From NCBI GenBank assembly GCA_016208485.1, contig JACQXY010000049.1, positions 2,800-66,799 on the forward strand: 64,000 nucleotides of DNA, read 5' to 3'. Positions 52,673 through 61,883 of the stretch are shown here, piece by piece. The translations under genes were made by a program, and so were the position numbers. Position 1 is the first letter of the stretch. Each line of letters begins with the position of its first letter. The notes under the pieces were generated by a model. That model was not told the origin of the DNA. It saw nothing but the letters and a program-made list of their open reading frames with translations, and made no database searches. The DNA is from Acidobacteriota bacterium (GTDB lineage: Bacteria; Actinomycetota; AC-67).

Positions 52673-53842
52673 ATGCGCGCGCGCACACTCCTCGCCTCAA
52701 CCCTTCTGCTCGCCTCCTGCACGCGGGTCGGCGGAGATCCGGTCGTGCGCGGGCCTCTTTCCCCTTCGCCCCCGCCGCCGGCGCCGGCCGCGCTCGCCGT
52801 CTGGTCCTCCCTCGACCTGCCGCAGGCGCTCCTCGACGAGGCCCCGAATCTCCCCGGAGTGGTCGCATGGACCCCCGTCGTCACCGGGACCTTCGATCTG
52901 CGCGCGGTGTCCGGAGCCGGCGCGCATCTCCGCGCGCGGCCGCGCGGCGCGATCCTGCCGGTGTCGGTCGCGGCCATCGATCCCGCGCCCCTCGCGCGGA
53001 CGGGCGAGATGGCGGCGCTCGGCGCGGCGCTCGCGCGCAACCGTGCGGCGCTCACCTCCTCCTCCGCGCGGCTGCGGCAGCTCGCCCCCGGTGACGCCCT
53101 GTGGTTGGCCGGTGAAAAGGGAGCGCGCGGGTTCCGGGTGGGCGCGATCCTGCCGGAGTCAAACCTCATCTCGGAAGAGGTGATCCTGCCGCTGCGCGCG
53201 GCGGGCTCGCTCGGGCTCGGCCGCCCGCGCGCCATGGTGCTCGCGGTAGAGGTGCGCGCGTGGGAAGCGGTCGCCGCGGCAATCCGCGCGCGCCTGGCCG
53301 CGAGCACCGCGCGCGTGGACGGCTACGACCTCGAGCCGTTCCCGGCGCGCGTCGGCACCCTCGATGCCGTGGGCAAGCAACTCTCCTATCTGCTCCCTGC
53401 GGCCCGCGTGAAGCTCGACTTCGGCGAGTTCTGGTTCCTGCGCGGCCGGGGCCGACGAGTCCGCATCGATCCCGCTTGGGTCGCGCGAAACATCGTCCAG
53501 GTCTCTCCGCCCTTGCTCGGGACGATCAAGTGCCACCGGGACGTGGTGCCCCAGCTCACCGGGGCCATGCGGGAGCTGTCCGCTGCGGGCCTCGGCGACC
53601 TCGTCGGCCCCGGCGCGAGCTGCTGGTCGGCTCGGATGCAGTATCCCAACTCCGGCGCGCTGTCGCGGCATGCGTTCGGCATCGCGGTCGACATCAACTC
53701 CTCGCGCAACCGCTACGGGCGCCCCCCCGTGCAGGACCGGCGGCTCGTCCGCGTGATGGAGCGGTGGGGATTCGCCTGGGGGGGGCGCTGGACCGTGCCG
53801 GACGGGATGCATTTCGAGTTCGTGCGGCGCCCCGCGCGGTAG
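52673..53842 (+). CDS. Lipoprotein with a C-terminal M15-family (VanY / D-Ala-D-Ala carboxypeptidase-like) peptidase domain
   Basis: Lipobox LLLASC. C-terminal ...SRHAFGIAVDINSSRN...WGFAWGGRWTVPDGMHFEF matches the H-x6-D...H zinc-binding pattern of M15B/VanY. Confidence 0.75.
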   Translation: MRARTLLASTLLLASCTRVGGDPVVRGPLSPSPPPPAPAALAVWSSLDLPQALLDEAPNLPGVVAWTPVVTGTFDLRAVSGAGAHLRARPRGAILPVSVAAIDPAPLARTGEMAALGAALARNRAALTSSSARLRQLAPGDALWLAGEKGARGFRVGAILPESNLISEEVILPLRAAGSLGLGRPRAMVLAVEVRAWEAVAAAIRARLAASTARVDGYDLEPFPARVGTLDAVGKQLSYLLPAARVKLDFGEFWFLRGRGRRVRIDPAWVARNIVQVSPPLLGTIKCHRDVVPQLTGAMRELSAAGLGDLVGPGASCWSARMQYPNSGALSRHAFGIAVDINSSRNRYGRPPVQDRRLVRVMERWGFAWGGRWTVPDGMHFEFVRRPAR

Positions 53843-53940
53843 CCGCGGCGGCTCCCGGCGCGCGCGCACACGCCGGCCTCGCGGCGCTCGGGCTCGCGGG
53901 ACTCGTCGTCCTCACGAACATCGGCGTCTTCCCCCGGAGC

Positions 53941-54300
53941 ATGGTCGGGACCGACGTCGAGCAACTCTCGAACATGAATCCGCCGACCGTCTGCATCGTC
54001 GCGCTCACGTTGTGGTTGGTCGGGCTCGCGATGCTCGCGCGGCCTGCGCTGTCTCGCCTGCTCGTGCGACCCGGGCCGTGGAAAGCGGTCATCGCCGCGA
54101 ACGGGGTCATCATGACGGTGTTCCTGTGGCACCTCACGGCGCTCCTCGTCGCGATCATCGCCCTGCGCCCGCTCGGGTTCGGGCTGGCGAGCGATAGCAC
54201 CGCGCACTGGTGGATCGAGCGCCCGCTCTGGATCGCCGCGCCGGCCGCGATCCTCTCCGTCCTGGTGGCGATCTTCGCGCGCTTCGAGCGGCCTCGGTAA
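53941..54300 (+). CDS. Hypothetical membrane protein, possibly the C-terminal fragment of a longer TM protein
   Basis: Three TM helices after the ATG at 53941. The same frame is open upstream into the peptidase gene with no start codon. The track ORF 53260-54300 is a composite. Confidence 0.35.
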   Translation: MVGTDVEQLSNMNPPTVCIVALTLWLVGLAMLARPALSRLLVRPGPWKAVIAANGVIMTVFLWHLTALLVAIIALRPLGFGLASDSTAHWWIERPLWIAAPAAILSVLVAIFARFERPR

Positions 54301-54342
54301 TCGGCCTGCTGGAGCGCCCCCCGAACCGGCCGACCGGGCTGG

Positions 54343-55863
54343 TCAGGATACCGATACGAGCGTCGTCGTCCCGGCCTTCCGATCGCGCAGGAACGCGTCG
54401 GCCACCCGGTTCCGGTCGCGCGGTACGAGGTTGGTCGCCTCCGACACGAACACCACGAAGCGCCCGTCCGCCGAGATCCCGGGTTGGGAGAAGTAGGTCC
54501 GGCCGTTTGCCTGCGCGCCGGATGAGGAAACCGACACGCGCTCGGTCCGCCCGGAGAGCAGGTCGCGCGCGAACAGGTCGTCGCAACTCCGGGGCTGGTC
54601 GGAACAGGTGTTGGTGTCCCCGTCGACCAGGTTCGGAGCGTCGGAGACGAACGCGACGAGGCGGCCGTCCCCCGAGATCGAGGGGGAGAAGCTCTGGCCC
54701 TCCGCAACCCGGTCGGACGAGGAGACCGAGGCCCGTACCGTCACATCCTGGAGGCGGTCTCGGACGAACACCTGGTCCGGGCTCGGCGGGCTCCCCGCAC
54801 CCGAGACGAGGTTCGTAGATTGCGACAGGAACACCACGTAGCGGCCGTCCGACGAGATCGCCGAGGAGGAACTGGAGGAGTTACCCGGCTCCCCGCCCGC
54901 CGACACCGAGATCATCTCCCTCTCTTCCCCCTGCCTGTCGTACACGTAGACCTGCAAGTCGGTCCCCGAGCGCGAGTTCCCAGACATCGCCGGATCCTCG
55001 GAAGCGAAGACAACGTAGCGACCGTCCGCCGAGATCCCGGAGGAAACGCTTGGATAGTCGCTCTCGGCGCCCGGCTCGTGGCTCAAGATGGTCGTCTCCC
55101 CGGTCCGCAGGTCCCGCAGGAACACGTCGAGGCAGTGACCGGCGGAGGTAGACGCGTCGAGGTTCGCCTCTTCACACCCCTGCGTGTCGCCTGCGACGAG
55201 GTTGGAGGCACGCGAAGAGAAGGCCACGTACCGCCCGTCCGCCGAGATCGCCGGGGTGATGCTCGAGTCATTGGCCTCCTCGCCCGTCGAGGAGGCCGAG
55301 ACCCGAACGGTCCTTCCCGTCCGAAGGTCGTGGGCGAAGACGTCGTGACAGGGCTTCAGCTCCTCCTGGTAGCAGCGGTTGCGGTCGTCCGGCACCAGAT
55401 TCGAGGCCGACGAGGAGAACGCCACCCACCGCCCGTCGGCGGAGATGGCGGGTTGCCCGCTCGCCCGGTTCCCCTGGCGGCCCGACGAGGACACGGAGAC
55501 TCGCACGGTCGTTCCGCGGACGAGGTCGCGGACGAAGACATCGCTCACCCCGTTGGTGTCGCCGCGAACCAGGTTGGACGCCTCCGAGGAGAAGGCGACG
55601 AGCCGCCCGTCCCCGGACATGGAAACCTCCAGCGTCCTTCCATTCCCCTGCCGGCCGCTCGGGAAGTCCGGAAGGGACCGGCCGGAAGACGCCGCGGGCG
55701 AGGAGCCGACCGAAGTAGGCGAGAGGGGCGGCGAAGGGCTCGGAAGGCGCGGCGTGGACGCGCTCCCGGCCGCCGGCGCGGCCGGCTCGCCGGAGCACCC
55801 GGCGAGCGCCAGCAAAAGGACAACGAGAGCCGCGCCCACCCGGGTTTCATCGAGTCGCGCCAC
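54343..55863 (-). CDS. Lipoprotein with PD40/TolB-type beta-propeller repeats; paralog of 47067-48680
   Basis: The GTG at 55863 follows GAGGAGGA. The N-terminus is MARLDETRVGAALVVLLLALAGCSG (lipobox). Repeats are ...MSGDGRLVAFSSEASNLV.GDTNGVSDVFVRDL.RGTTVRVSVSSSG.... The first ~320 codons of the track ORF are spurious. Confidence 0.75.
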   Translation of the reverse strand: MARLDETRVGAALVVLLLALAGCSGEPAAPAAGSASTPRLPSPSPPLSPTSVGSSPAASSGRSLPDFPSGRQGNGRTLEVSMSGDGRLVAFSSEASNLVRGDTNGVSDVFVRDLVRGTTVRVSVSSSGRQGNRASGQPAISADGRWVAFSSSASNLVPDDRNRCYQEELKPCHDVFAHDLRTGRTVRVSASSTGEEANDSSITPAISADGRYVAFSSRASNLVAGDTQGCEEANLDASTSAGHCLDVFLRDLRTGETTILSHEPGAESDYPSVSSGISADGRYVVFASEDPAMSGNSRSGTDLQVYVYDRQGEEREMISVSAGGEPGNSSSSSSAISSDGRYVVFLSQSTNLVSGAGSPPSPDQVFVRDRLQDVTVRASVSSSDRVAEGQSFSPSISGDGRLVAFVSDAPNLVDGDTNTCSDQPRSCDDLFARDLLSGRTERVSVSSSGAQANGRTYFSQPGISADGRFVVFVSEATNLVPRDRNRVADAFLRDRKAGTTTLVSVS

Positions 55864-55944
55864 AAGTCCTCCTCTGCAAGGATCGCACGAACCGTGGCCA
55901 CCGACAATGCCCTCTTGGGCTCGGCCGGTTAGGATTTCGCGCCG

Positions 55945-56748
55945 ATGCGACCCTTCATCGAAGGAGCCGTTCGCTTCGGGCCCGACGGCCACATCGGCCT
56001 GGCAGAGCTTGCGCGTCCACCCCACAACCTGCTCGACGGCGACTTCGTCACCGAGCTGGTCGAAGCCCTCGAAACGCTCGCCGCCGACCCGGAGTGCCGG
56101 GCGATCGTCATTGCCGCAGAGGGGCGGTCCTTCTGCGCGGGGGGGAACTTCGGGCCGGCGGGGGTGACGCCGGCGCCGGGGCAGTCCCCGGCGGACCTCT
56201 TCAGGGAGAGCGCGAGCCGGATCTACGGCCAGGGCGAGCGCATCTTCCGCGTCGGCGTGCCGCTCGTGGCCGCGGTGCACGGCGCGGCGATCGGCGCGGG
56301 GCTCGGTCTCGCCCTCGCGTGCGACCTGCGGGTCACCTGCCCGGAGGCCTTCTTCGCCGGCAACTTCGTGCGGCTCGGGATCCACCCGGGTTTCGCGGCG
56401 AGCGTGACGCTCCCGGCGCTCGTCGGGCCGGGGCGCGCGGCAGACCTCCTGCTCACCGGACGGCGGGTCCACGGGGATGAGGCCCTCGCGATCGGGCTCG
56501 CCGAGCGGTGTGTCCCGCAGGCAGAGGTGCGCACGGCGGCGCTCGCGCTTGCCGGGGAGATCGCGGCCGCCGCGCCGCTCGCGGTGGCGGCGACCCGGGC
56601 GACCCTGCGCGCGGGGGTCGCCGATCGCGTCCGCGAGGCGCTTGCGCGCGAGATCGAGGAGCAGGCGAAGCTGATCGCCACCGCCGACGCGGCCGAGGGG
56701 ATCTCCGCGATGCTCCAGCGCCGCGAGCCCCGCTTCAACGGGTGCTGA
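55945..56748 (+). CDS. Enoyl-CoA hydratase/isomerase (crotonase) family protein
   Basis: ...AIVIAAEGRSFCAGGNF..., ...PLVAAVHGAAIGAGLGLALACDLRV... are the crotonase oxyanion-hole motifs. Confidence 0.85.
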   Translation: MRPFIEGAVRFGPDGHIGLAELARPPHNLLDGDFVTELVEALETLAADPECRAIVIAAEGRSFCAGGNFGPAGVTPAPGQSPADLFRESASRIYGQGERIFRVGVPLVAAVHGAAIGAGLGLALACDLRVTCPEAFFAGNFVRLGIHPGFAASVTLPALVGPGRAADLLLTGRRVHGDEALAIGLAERCVPQAEVRTAALALAGEIAAAAPLAVAATRATLRAGVADRVREALAREIEEQAKLIATADAAEGISAMLQRREPRFNGC

Positions 56749-56910
56749 TCCCGCTCTCCGACCCGGACGCCGAGGAGGCCCCCCGCGCCCCGAATGAGCT
56801 CGTGGCCGCCGCGCGGCGCGCCGCAACCTCAGCGCCCGACCGCAGGTGGAGATCGCTCCAGGCGTCGGACCATGGACTCAGTCGGGAGGGCAACCTAGAA
56901 TGCGGGCACA

Positions 56911-57231
56911 ATGGGAATCGACGAGAAGATCGCGGCGGAGATCGTTCGGCGCGTCCTCGCCGTCGCGAGGCCGCAGCGGATCATCCTCTTCGGCTCGGCG
57001 GCGACGGGTGGCATGACCCGTGACAGCGACATCGACCTCCTGGTCGTGGAAGGCAATCCCGGCGATGCCCTCGACGAGAGCGTTCGACTGCACGATGCGC
57101 TTCGAGGGCTCGGATATCCCGTCGATGTGATCGTCATGTCTGCGGAGCGCTTCGAGGAGACGAAAGGTCTTGTCGGCGGCATCGCCTACCCCGCTCGCAA
57201 GCACGGCAAGATCCTCTATGAAGCCGCCTGA
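56911..57231 (+). CDS. Minimal nucleotidyltransferase (MNT) of an MNT-HEPN pair
   Basis: ILFGSAATGGMTRDSDIDLLVV is the GS-x-D-x-D nucleotidyltransferase motif. 106 aa. Overlaps the downstream gene by 14 nt. Confidence 0.8.
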   Translation: MGIDEKIAAEIVRRVLAVARPQRIILFGSAATGGMTRDSDIDLLVVEGNPGDALDESVRLHDALRGLGYPVDVIVMSAERFEETKGLVGGIAYPARKHGKILYEAA

Positions 57232-57430
57232 GGAGATCCTCCGAGACCTCGTGCGGCGGTGGACGGTCAGCGCCCAGGTCGACTTCCCGAAGACCCACGC
57301 GCTCGGGCAGCTTCTCGACCTGGTCTGCACGATCGACCCCGTCCTCGCCGAGTCGCTTCGCGACGCGACGATCCTGAACCCGCACGGCGATCCTCTACCC
57401 CTACAAGGCGACCTTCGAGGCCGCCCTGCT
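57218..57430 (+). pseudogene. HEPN-like partner gene, apparently truncated by the downstream low-GC insertion
   Basis: The ATG at 57218 gives MKPPEEILRDLVRRWTVSAQVDFPKTHALGQLLDLVCTIDPVLAESLRDATILNPH. Beyond about 57430 the frame has non-coding GC3 and is antisense to the 57401-57955 gene. No clear R-x4-6-H motif is retained. Confidence 0.35.
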
Positions 57431-57955
57431 GTAGCAGTCGTCGGCAGAGGAGCACTCCTCGAGTTCCCCGTCAACCTCACCCGGCTGATGACGGACGCTG
57501 TACTTGACTGCGGCATCCCACCACGTCCAGATATGAATCCATTGGGGATTCGTGTAACGGATCCTCGTCGGCCGGGTTGGGTAGAAGTGCCGGATCGTGT
57601 GAAGCCAAAGACATGCCGGCTTATTCCCGTACAGTTGACAATATGCCTCATTGTACAAGTGGGAGTCCTCACCCGTGTCGTAGTTGCGCGCGGTGATATC
57701 GGCGTTCAGCGGACCCGCACCACTGTCCAGGACGACGAAGCAGTAGTAGACGTAGTCACCCGGCTCAGGGTACCTAAAGTGGCAACTCTTCTGAAGAACG
57801 AGATCGCACCAGTAGCCTGCAGAATCGGAGCCGCAGACCACGCTGTCCTCCAGTGGTAGACCCTCGGACGGAACAGAAGCCGCCAGCGTGACAGCAAGGA
57901 ACAGACTCAAGGCAAGCGCCCGGAATACTGAACGGCGAGGGCCATTCACAGTCAT
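57401..57955 (-). CDS. Cys-rich (8 Cys) small secreted protein encoded in a ~550-bp low-GC island
   Basis: GAGGAGG, then 9 nt, then ATG. The signal peptide is MTVNGPRRSVFRALALSLFLAVTLAASV. The mature part is rich in Tyr/Trp/Cys. The codon third positions are AT-rich (tat, tgt, caa, aat, cat), and local GC is about 55% versus about 70% in the flanks. Confidence 0.6.
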   Translation of the reverse strand: MTVNGPRRSVFRALALSLFLAVTLAASVPSEGLPLEDSVVCGSDSAGYWCDLVLQKSCHFRYPEPGDYVYYCFVVLDSGAGPLNADITARNYDTGEDSHLYNEAYCQLYGNKPACLWLHTIRHFYPTRPTRIRYTNPQWIHIWTWWDAAVKYSVRHQPGEVDGELEECSSADDCYSRAASKVAL

Positions 57956-58424
57956 CACCGCCAACCTCCTCGCTACTACTCCTAGTCAAGCCGATGGAAA
58001 GTCGATCGGATCGACGGGCACACGTGCGCTCGAAGCGCCCAGGCCAGATCCAGCGGCTTGGGTTGTCCGAGGAAGAGCCAAGCTTCCGGGCGCCGCGCCA
58101 GAACTTCCTCAGTGCCGTACGTACCCGCCTTCTCCGCCGCCCGTAGGAGTGCGATGACCACGTCGCACTCAGCACATCGGAGGGAGGCCAGGTCGGGCGG
58201 CATCGACTCCTCCGGGGGCACGGGCTCACCTCCCCCCTTGGCCGATCGATAGAGGAAGACCGCCGACTCCCGCCCCGCCAAGATCCACATGCGAGGGTGT
58301 TCTTCCGCTCCAACACCGCCCGGCAAGGACACTGCCCGTGTGACCCCCTCGGTCTTGGCCTCAAGTCGTGTGCCCCCTTGCGACCTTGTAGCAGGCCGAA
58401 CAAGAACGAGTCAAGGGGTCCCGT

Positions 58425-59225
58425 TTGCACGGACGGAACCGGGGCCGGGATGCACAAGGAAACCGCCGCGATGGAACGGCCACGGCTGTGTGGACAGCCC
58501 TCGTGACGCCGGTCCTGGAAAGCCCGCGATCCGGCGGCGATACTTCGATCGTGCCCGCGCTCGTCATCGTCCTCGCGATCTTGATCGTGGCGGCCGCCGC
58601 CTGGCTCTCGTTCCAGGCGAAGATCAGACGGCGGCAGGAGTTCTTCGCCGTCGCCGCGCGCCTCGGCCTCGAGTTCTCGGTTCCGGATCCGTTCGGCCTC
58701 GTCGACCTGCCTTTCGCGCTCTTCTCGAAGGGGGACGGCCGGGGGTGCGAGAACGTCCTGTCGGGGTCCCGGCACGGCACCCAGGTGAAAGCGTTCGACT
58801 ACTGGTACTACGAGACGTCCACGGACTCGCGAGGAGGCAGCTCGCGGACCTACCACCGCTTCTCCTGCGCGCTCTTCCCGATCGCCGCCGGCTGCCCCCG
58901 CCTCACCCTCGAACGGGAGAACCTGCTCACCAGGCTCGCCGACGCCGTGGGGTTCCACGACATCGAGTTCGAGTCCGAGGAGTTCAACCGAGCCTTTCAG
59001 GTGAAGTCGAGCGACCGGAAGTTCGCCTACGCCCTCCTCGACGCACGGATGATGGAATGGCTGATCGCCGGCGGCGGGGACTGCGCCTACGAGTTGGCGG
59101 GACCGTCGGTGCTCTGTGCTACGCGCCGCCTCCGACCGTCCGAGATCGAGTGGCTGCTCGACCGGGCGCGCGACTTCGCCGACCACGTCCCATCGGTGGT
59201 GGCGAGCCTCTATCCTCTGCAGTGA
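58425..59225 (+). CDS. Single-pass membrane protein preceding LemA (probable LemA-associated partner; DUF3137/TPM-like context)
   Basis: TM helix IVPALVIVLAILIVAAAAWLSF, followed by a ~190-aa soluble domain. Its stop is 1 nt before the LemA ATG. The start is uncertain, and the antisense ORF 57774-59228 was rejected. Confidence 0.5.
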   Translation: MHGRNRGRDAQGNRRDGTATAVWTALVTPVLESPRSGGDTSIVPALVIVLAILIVAAAAWLSFQAKIRRRQEFFAVAARLGLEFSVPDPFGLVDLPFALFSKGDGRGCENVLSGSRHGTQVKAFDYWYYETSTDSRGGSSRTYHRFSCALFPIAAGCPRLTLERENLLTRLADAVGFHDIEFESEEFNRAFQVKSSDRKFAYALLDARMMEWLIAGGGDCAYELAGPSVLCATRRLRPSEIEWLLDRARDFADHVPSVVASLYPLQ

Positions 59226-59226
59226 C

Positions 59227-59820
59227 ATGAACGGGGGGGCGACCGGGGAGGCCTGGATCGCGATCGGGGCGGTGACGCTCCTCGTGATCCTCGGGCCGGC
59301 GCTCTCTTACAACCGCTTCGTCCGCCAACGCAGCCTCATCCGCGACTCCTGGGCGAACATAGACACCGAGCTGCGCAGGCGCTACGACCTCATCCCGAAC
59401 CTCGTGGAGACGGTGCGGGGATACGCGGCGCACGAGCGCGCGACATTGGATGCGGTCACAACCGCGCGCGCCGCCGCCGTCGCGGCCACGGGTCCTCCGC
59501 CCGACCAAGCGACCGCCGAGAACGGCCTCGTCCGCGCGCTCCGAAGCCTCTTCGCGGTGTCCGAGCGCTACCCCACTCTGAAGGCGAGCGACGGCTTCCT
59601 TGCGCTGCAGCGCGAGCTGGCAAACACCGAAGACCGCATTCAGGCGGCGCGCCGCTTCTACAACGGGAACGTGCGCGACTACAACCGGCGCGTCCAAGCG
59701 ATTCCCTCGAACCTCGTCGCACGCCTGTTCGGCTTCACCGAGGCCGAGTACTTCGAGGTGGACGAGGCGATCCGGCCCGGCCCTGCTCCCGGCGCCGGAG
59801 AGCCGGCCTCGCGCGCATGA
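59227..59820 (+). CDS. lemA: LemA-family protein
   Basis: N-terminal TM (WIAIGAVTLLVILGPALS), then YNRFVRQRSLIRDSWANIDTELRRRYDLIPNLVETVRGYAAHERATLDAVTTAR..., which is typical LemA. Confidence 0.8.
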   Translation: MNGGATGEAWIAIGAVTLLVILGPALSYNRFVRQRSLIRDSWANIDTELRRRYDLIPNLVETVRGYAAHERATLDAVTTARAAAVAATGPPPDQATAENGLVRALRSLFAVSERYPTLKASDGFLALQRELANTEDRIQAARRFYNGNVRDYNRRVQAIPSNLVARLFGFTEAEYFEVDEAIRPGPAPGAGEPASRA

Positions 59821-61196
59821 AGCATCTCGTCGCGATCCTCTTGGGGCTTCACGGGGCCGCCGCCTACACGCTGGTGTTCGCGCTCGCCACGCTCGAGGCC
59901 TCGGCGTTCCTCGGCCTCGTGGTTCCGGGCGAGACCGCGGTGCTGCTCGGGGGGGTCCTGGCATTCCAGCACAAGGTCTCCTTCACAGTCGTGGCGCTCG
60001 CGGCCGTCGCCGGCGCCGTCCTCGGGGACTCGATCGGCTACTTCATCGGCAGCCGGTTCGGGGCGCGCCTCCTCGACACGCGCCTGGGGCGCCGGATCGG
60101 GGCCGACCGGCTGCAGCGCGCGCGCGACTACGTTCGGCGGAAAGGAGCGGCCGCCATCGTGCTCGGGCGCTTCACGACCGTTCTCCGCGTGCTCGTCCCG
60201 TCGTTCGCCGGAATGGCCGGGATGCCCTACGGCCGGTTCCTTGCGGCGAACGTCGCCGGAGGCATCGCCTGGGGCCTTACCTTCACCGCCGTCGGCTACC
60301 TCGCGGGGACTGCCTGGCAGCGCGTGGAGCGCCAGCTCGGGCGCGCCAGCTTGATCCTGCTGTTCCTCCTCGTCCTGGGGCTCGCAATCTACGGGACCGC
60401 GCGATGGGCCGCGCGCCACCCCGACCGGCTCCGCGCGCTCGGCAACCGGTTCACCGGCCTGGGACCGGTCGCGTGGGCCGGGCGCCGGCTGCGCGGCCCG
60501 GTCGCGTTCGCCGCTCGCCGCTTCGACCCGCGAGCTGCGACCGGCCTCCGGCTCACCGCCGGGCTCTCCCTTCTCGGTCTGGGGGGATGGGTCTTCGGAG
60601 TGATCCTCGCGGACGTCATCGCGCGCAACGACGTCGCGGCGTTCGATCTCCCCCTCGCCCGCGCGATCGCCCGCAACGTCGCCTCGGCCCCGTGGCTCGC
60701 CACCGCGATGCGGGCCGCGACCACGCTCGGCGGCGGCGCCGTCGTCGGAGCCGCCGCCGTCGTGGTTATCGCCGCATGGAGGCTCTTCCGAAAGACCTGG
60801 GAGGCGGGCTGGCTCCTCGCCATCTCCCTCGCCGGGGCAACCGTCATAGAGGAGGTCGTGAAGGACCTCGTGCACCGCCCGCGCCCGCCGGTTCTCCGCC
60901 TCGCCCACGCCTCGGGCTGGAGCTTCCCCTCCGGCCACGCGACGCGCGCGGCCGTCTTCTACGGCACCCTGGCGATCCTCGCCGGACGCCTGTGGCCGGC
61001 ATGGACCGCGCGCGTGCGCGCGTGGGCCTGCGCGGCCGGGGTCGTCGTCCTCGTCGCGGCGAGCCGCCTGATCCTCGGAGTCCACTACCTCACCGACGTG
61101 CTCGGCGGGATGGCGCTCGGCGGCGCGTGGCTCGCCGTGGTCGCCACCGCTCTCCCGCCGCCGCGCGGCGCGCGCGCTCCTGGGTCTCCGCGATGA
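59817..61196 (+). CDS. DedA/SNARE-associated domain fused to a PAP2 (type 2 phosphatidic-acid/undecaprenyl-PP phosphatase) domain
   Basis: The ATG overlaps the LemA stop. The DedA part is ...LGLVVPGETAVLLGGVLA...IVLGRFTTVLRVLVP.... The PAP2 motifs are KDLVHRPRP, PSGH and SRLILGVHYLTDV. Confidence 0.8.
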   Translation: MKHLVAILLGLHGAAAYTLVFALATLEASAFLGLVVPGETAVLLGGVLAFQHKVSFTVVALAAVAGAVLGDSIGYFIGSRFGARLLDTRLGRRIGADRLQRARDYVRRKGAAAIVLGRFTTVLRVLVPSFAGMAGMPYGRFLAANVAGGIAWGLTFTAVGYLAGTAWQRVERQLGRASLILLFLLVLGLAIYGTARWAARHPDRLRALGNRFTGLGPVAWAGRRLRGPVAFAARRFDPRAATGLRLTAGLSLLGLGGWVFGVILADVIARNDVAAFDLPLARAIARNVASAPWLATAMRAATTLGGGAVVGAAAVVVIAAWRLFRKTWEAGWLLAISLAGATVIEEVVKDLVHRPRPPVLRLAHASGWSFPSGHATRAAVFYGTLAILAGRLWPAWTARVRAWACAAGVVVLVAASRLILGVHYLTDVLGGMALGGAWLAVVATALPPPRGARAPGSPR

Positions 61197-61254
61197 ATCC
61201 GAGCACGGCCGCGGCCAGGTCCTCCCCGGCGTCCTCCTGAAGGAAGTGGCCGGT

Positions 61255-61809
61255 TCACACCTCCTCGGATCGCCGGCCCTTCGTGAAGTTCGTCGCGACC
61301 ACGATCTGGCCGTTCGGAACGACGTGGACGGCCCCGGAATCGTCCCGGAGAACGGTCGTGCGCAGGTTCACCTGCTCGACCGCGCCGGTCTTGCCGGCGA
61401 TCTCGACGACATCGCCGACCCGGAACTGGTTCTCGAAGATGACGAAGAACCCCGAGAGGAAATCCCGCACGAGCGACTGGGCGCCGAACCCGATCGCGAA
61501 GCCGCCGATGCCGGCTGCCGCGACGAGCGGCGCGATGTCCACGTCGGCCTCGCCGAGAACCAGCATGGAGGCCACGACGACGATCAGGAACATCAGCGCG
61601 CTCCGAACCACGCCGGACACCGTCCGAGCACGGCGCGCGCGCTCCTCGGGCGATTCGTCGCGGCCGGCACGCACCAGCCGCTCCGCGCGGCGCACGATGA
61701 GACGGGTCAGGCGCGCCAGAAGGAGGGAGGCGAGCAGGATCGCGCCGATCCGCACGCCTCTTCCCGCGAGCGTGTTGCGCGCCAGGTCGATCTTCCCGAG
61801 AGCGAGCAT
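61255..61809 (-). CDS. Small-conductance mechanosensitive channel (MscS family)
   Basis: The second ATG follows GGGGAGG. TM helices, then ...GFGAQSLVRDFLSGFFVIFENQFRVGDVVEIAGKTGAVEQVNLRTTVLRDDSGAVHVVPNGQI..., the MscS beta-domain signature. Confidence 0.7.
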   Translation of the reverse strand: MLALGKIDLARNTLAGRGVRIGAILLASLLLARLTRLIVRRAERLVRAGRDESPEERARRARTVSGVVRSALMFLIVVVASMLVLGEADVDIAPLVAAAGIGGFAIGFGAQSLVRDFLSGFFVIFENQFRVGDVVEIAGKTGAVEQVNLRTTVLRDDSGAVHVVPNGQIVVATNFTKGRRSEEV

Positions 61810-61883
61810 AGGCGCCTCCCCCTTCATCCGTCCCTAGGCTCGCCGGAGAACGGGAGCGGGCGCAAACCAACGGAGCGCGCGGG

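Noticed and set aside
53260-54300. 346-aa plus ORF
   Set aside because: Only the last ~120 codons (after ATG 53941) look like a membrane protein. The N-terminal 200 codons are an off-frame read through the M15 peptidase gene.
57774-61240. 484-aa minus ORF over the LemA-partner gene, and overlapping ORFs 59119-59964 minus, 59600-61240 plus and 59679-61085 minus
   Set aside because: Antisense or off-frame relative to LemA and the DedA-PAP2 gene. The translations are low complexity.
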